Assembly (NCBI GenBank): GCA_963844195.1
Contig: CAWJNC010000004.1
Coordinates: 1,289,589-1,353,588, forward strand
Direction of reading: 5' to 3'
From: an uncultured Pseudomonadota bacterium
GTDB taxonomy: Bacteria > Pseudomonadota > Gammaproteobacteria > Burkholderiales > Burkholderiaceae_E
DNA length: 64,000 nucleotides
Shown here: in pieces, positions 63,521 to 64,000 of the stretch
How positions within the stretch are numbered: position 1 is the first letter of the stretch
How the letters are laid out: the number at the start of each line of letters is the position of its first letter
Notes under the pieces: generated by a model
Told to the model about the DNA's origin: nothing
What the model saw: only the letters and a program-made list of their open reading frames with translations
The model's database searches: none
Made by a program: the position numbers and the translations under genes

Positions 63521-64000
63521 TCAAATGACGCCGGCACTCCGCAATGCTGCGATATCCGCCGCCTTGTACCCCAGTTCCGCCAGTATTTGATCGCTATCCT
63601 GCCCAAGCAGGGGAGGTGGGGTCTGCCGCTGCAGCGGCGTGTCGGTGAAGCGCATCGGGGTGGACACCTGCGGCACGTCTACACCGCTCGGATGCGGCAC
63701 ATGGCTGAGCATGCCGCGCGCCTTGACCTGAGGGTCCTTGAATACATCGGCGACCGAATTGATGGCGCCGCAAGGCACGCCAGCGGCATCGAGCGCCGCG
63801 ATCAGACGGTCGCGCTCCCACTCGGCGAAAAGATCCCGCAGCATCTCGGACAGCTCGGCAATGTTCCGGACGCGCTGCGGGTTGGTGGCAAATCGTTCGT
63901 CGGTCAGCCATTCGGTACGTCCGAATACCTCGCAAAGCTTCGCGAACTGACTATCGTTCCCGACGACGAGGATCACGTCGCCATCGGCACAGGAATAGAC
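63521..64000 (-). CDS. CoA-transferase family III (CaiB/BaiF) protein, C-terminal part (N-terminus beyond the window)
   Basis: Track ORF 63521..63976 continues open to 64000: ...ILVVGNDSQFAKLCEVFGRTEWLTDERFATNPQRVRNIAELSEMLRDLFAEWERDRLIAALDAAGVPCGAINSVADVFKDPQVKARGML...PPLLGQDSDQILAELGY. This is the typical CaiB C-terminal region. Confidence 0.8.
   Translation of the reverse strand, partial: VYSCADGDVILVVGNDSQFAKLCEVFGRTEWLTDERFATNPQRVRNIAELSEMLRDLFAEWERDRLIAALDAAGVPCGAINSVADVFKDPQVKARGMLSHVPHPSGVDVPQVSTPMRFTDTPLQRQTPPPLLGQDSDQILAELGYKAADIAALRSAGVI

Overview
GC-rich DNA (about 55-75% G+C in my spot counts). It probably comes from a beta-proteobacterium of the Burkholderiales type, inferred from 11 Bug/TctC-family solute-binding genes or remnants in 64 kb. 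Almost all of the content is accessory catabolism.

Main gene content:
- An Lrp-linked URO-D/SDR/Bug set (0.3-4.1 kb).
- A sorAB sulfite dehydrogenase islet (9.6-11.5 kb).
- A GntR-headed 10-gene locus with an enolase-superfamily dehydratase, a PrpD/MmgE protein, NIPSNAP, SDRs and two Bug receptors (12.5-22.3 kb).
- A quinone oxidoreductase/CMD/SDR/Bug group (22.3-25.8 kb).
- An amide/peptide hydrolase cluster (26.7-33.8 kb).
- A nicotinate-type maleamate-pathway module with a NicX-like dioxygenase (38.7-42.7 kb).
- A cation/proton antiporter.
- An acyl-CoA (ligase/ACAD/thiolase) plus ABC-importer operon with an IclR gene (47.3-55.5 kb).
- A split class-I fumarase/tartrate-dehydratase-like operon with a 2-hydroxyacid dehydrogenase and two Bug receptors (56.5-61.0 kb).

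I found no rRNA, no intact tRNA, no CRISPR array, no intact mobile element and no recognisable defence, secretion or toxin system.

The dominant signal is a mosaic of perfectly intact operons and heavily decayed tracts. At least 20 genes carry frameshifts, in-frame stops or truncations. These sit beside fragments of IS66, IS3-type (two), IS256 and IS5 transposase genes and a 3-prime tRNA fragment. The damage is strongly clustered (4.7-6.3, 27.5-43.4, 54.8-56.2 and 61.1-63.5 kb), so I read it as real pseudogenisation rather than uniform sequencing error. Only read-level data or a close relative can settle that.

I did not find a convincing new multi-gene system. The best follow-up targets are:
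- the intact/decayed boundary at 27.5 kb;
- a 6 x 11-bp two-family tandem repeat in front of the deacetylase gene (26601-26666);
- the GntR locus, with two perfect TNGTNNNACNA operators on its promoter;
- the decaying maleamate module, in which only nicX survives;
- two ORFs kept open by compensating frameshifts.

All product calls come from reading the translations and remembered family motifs. No database search was run.
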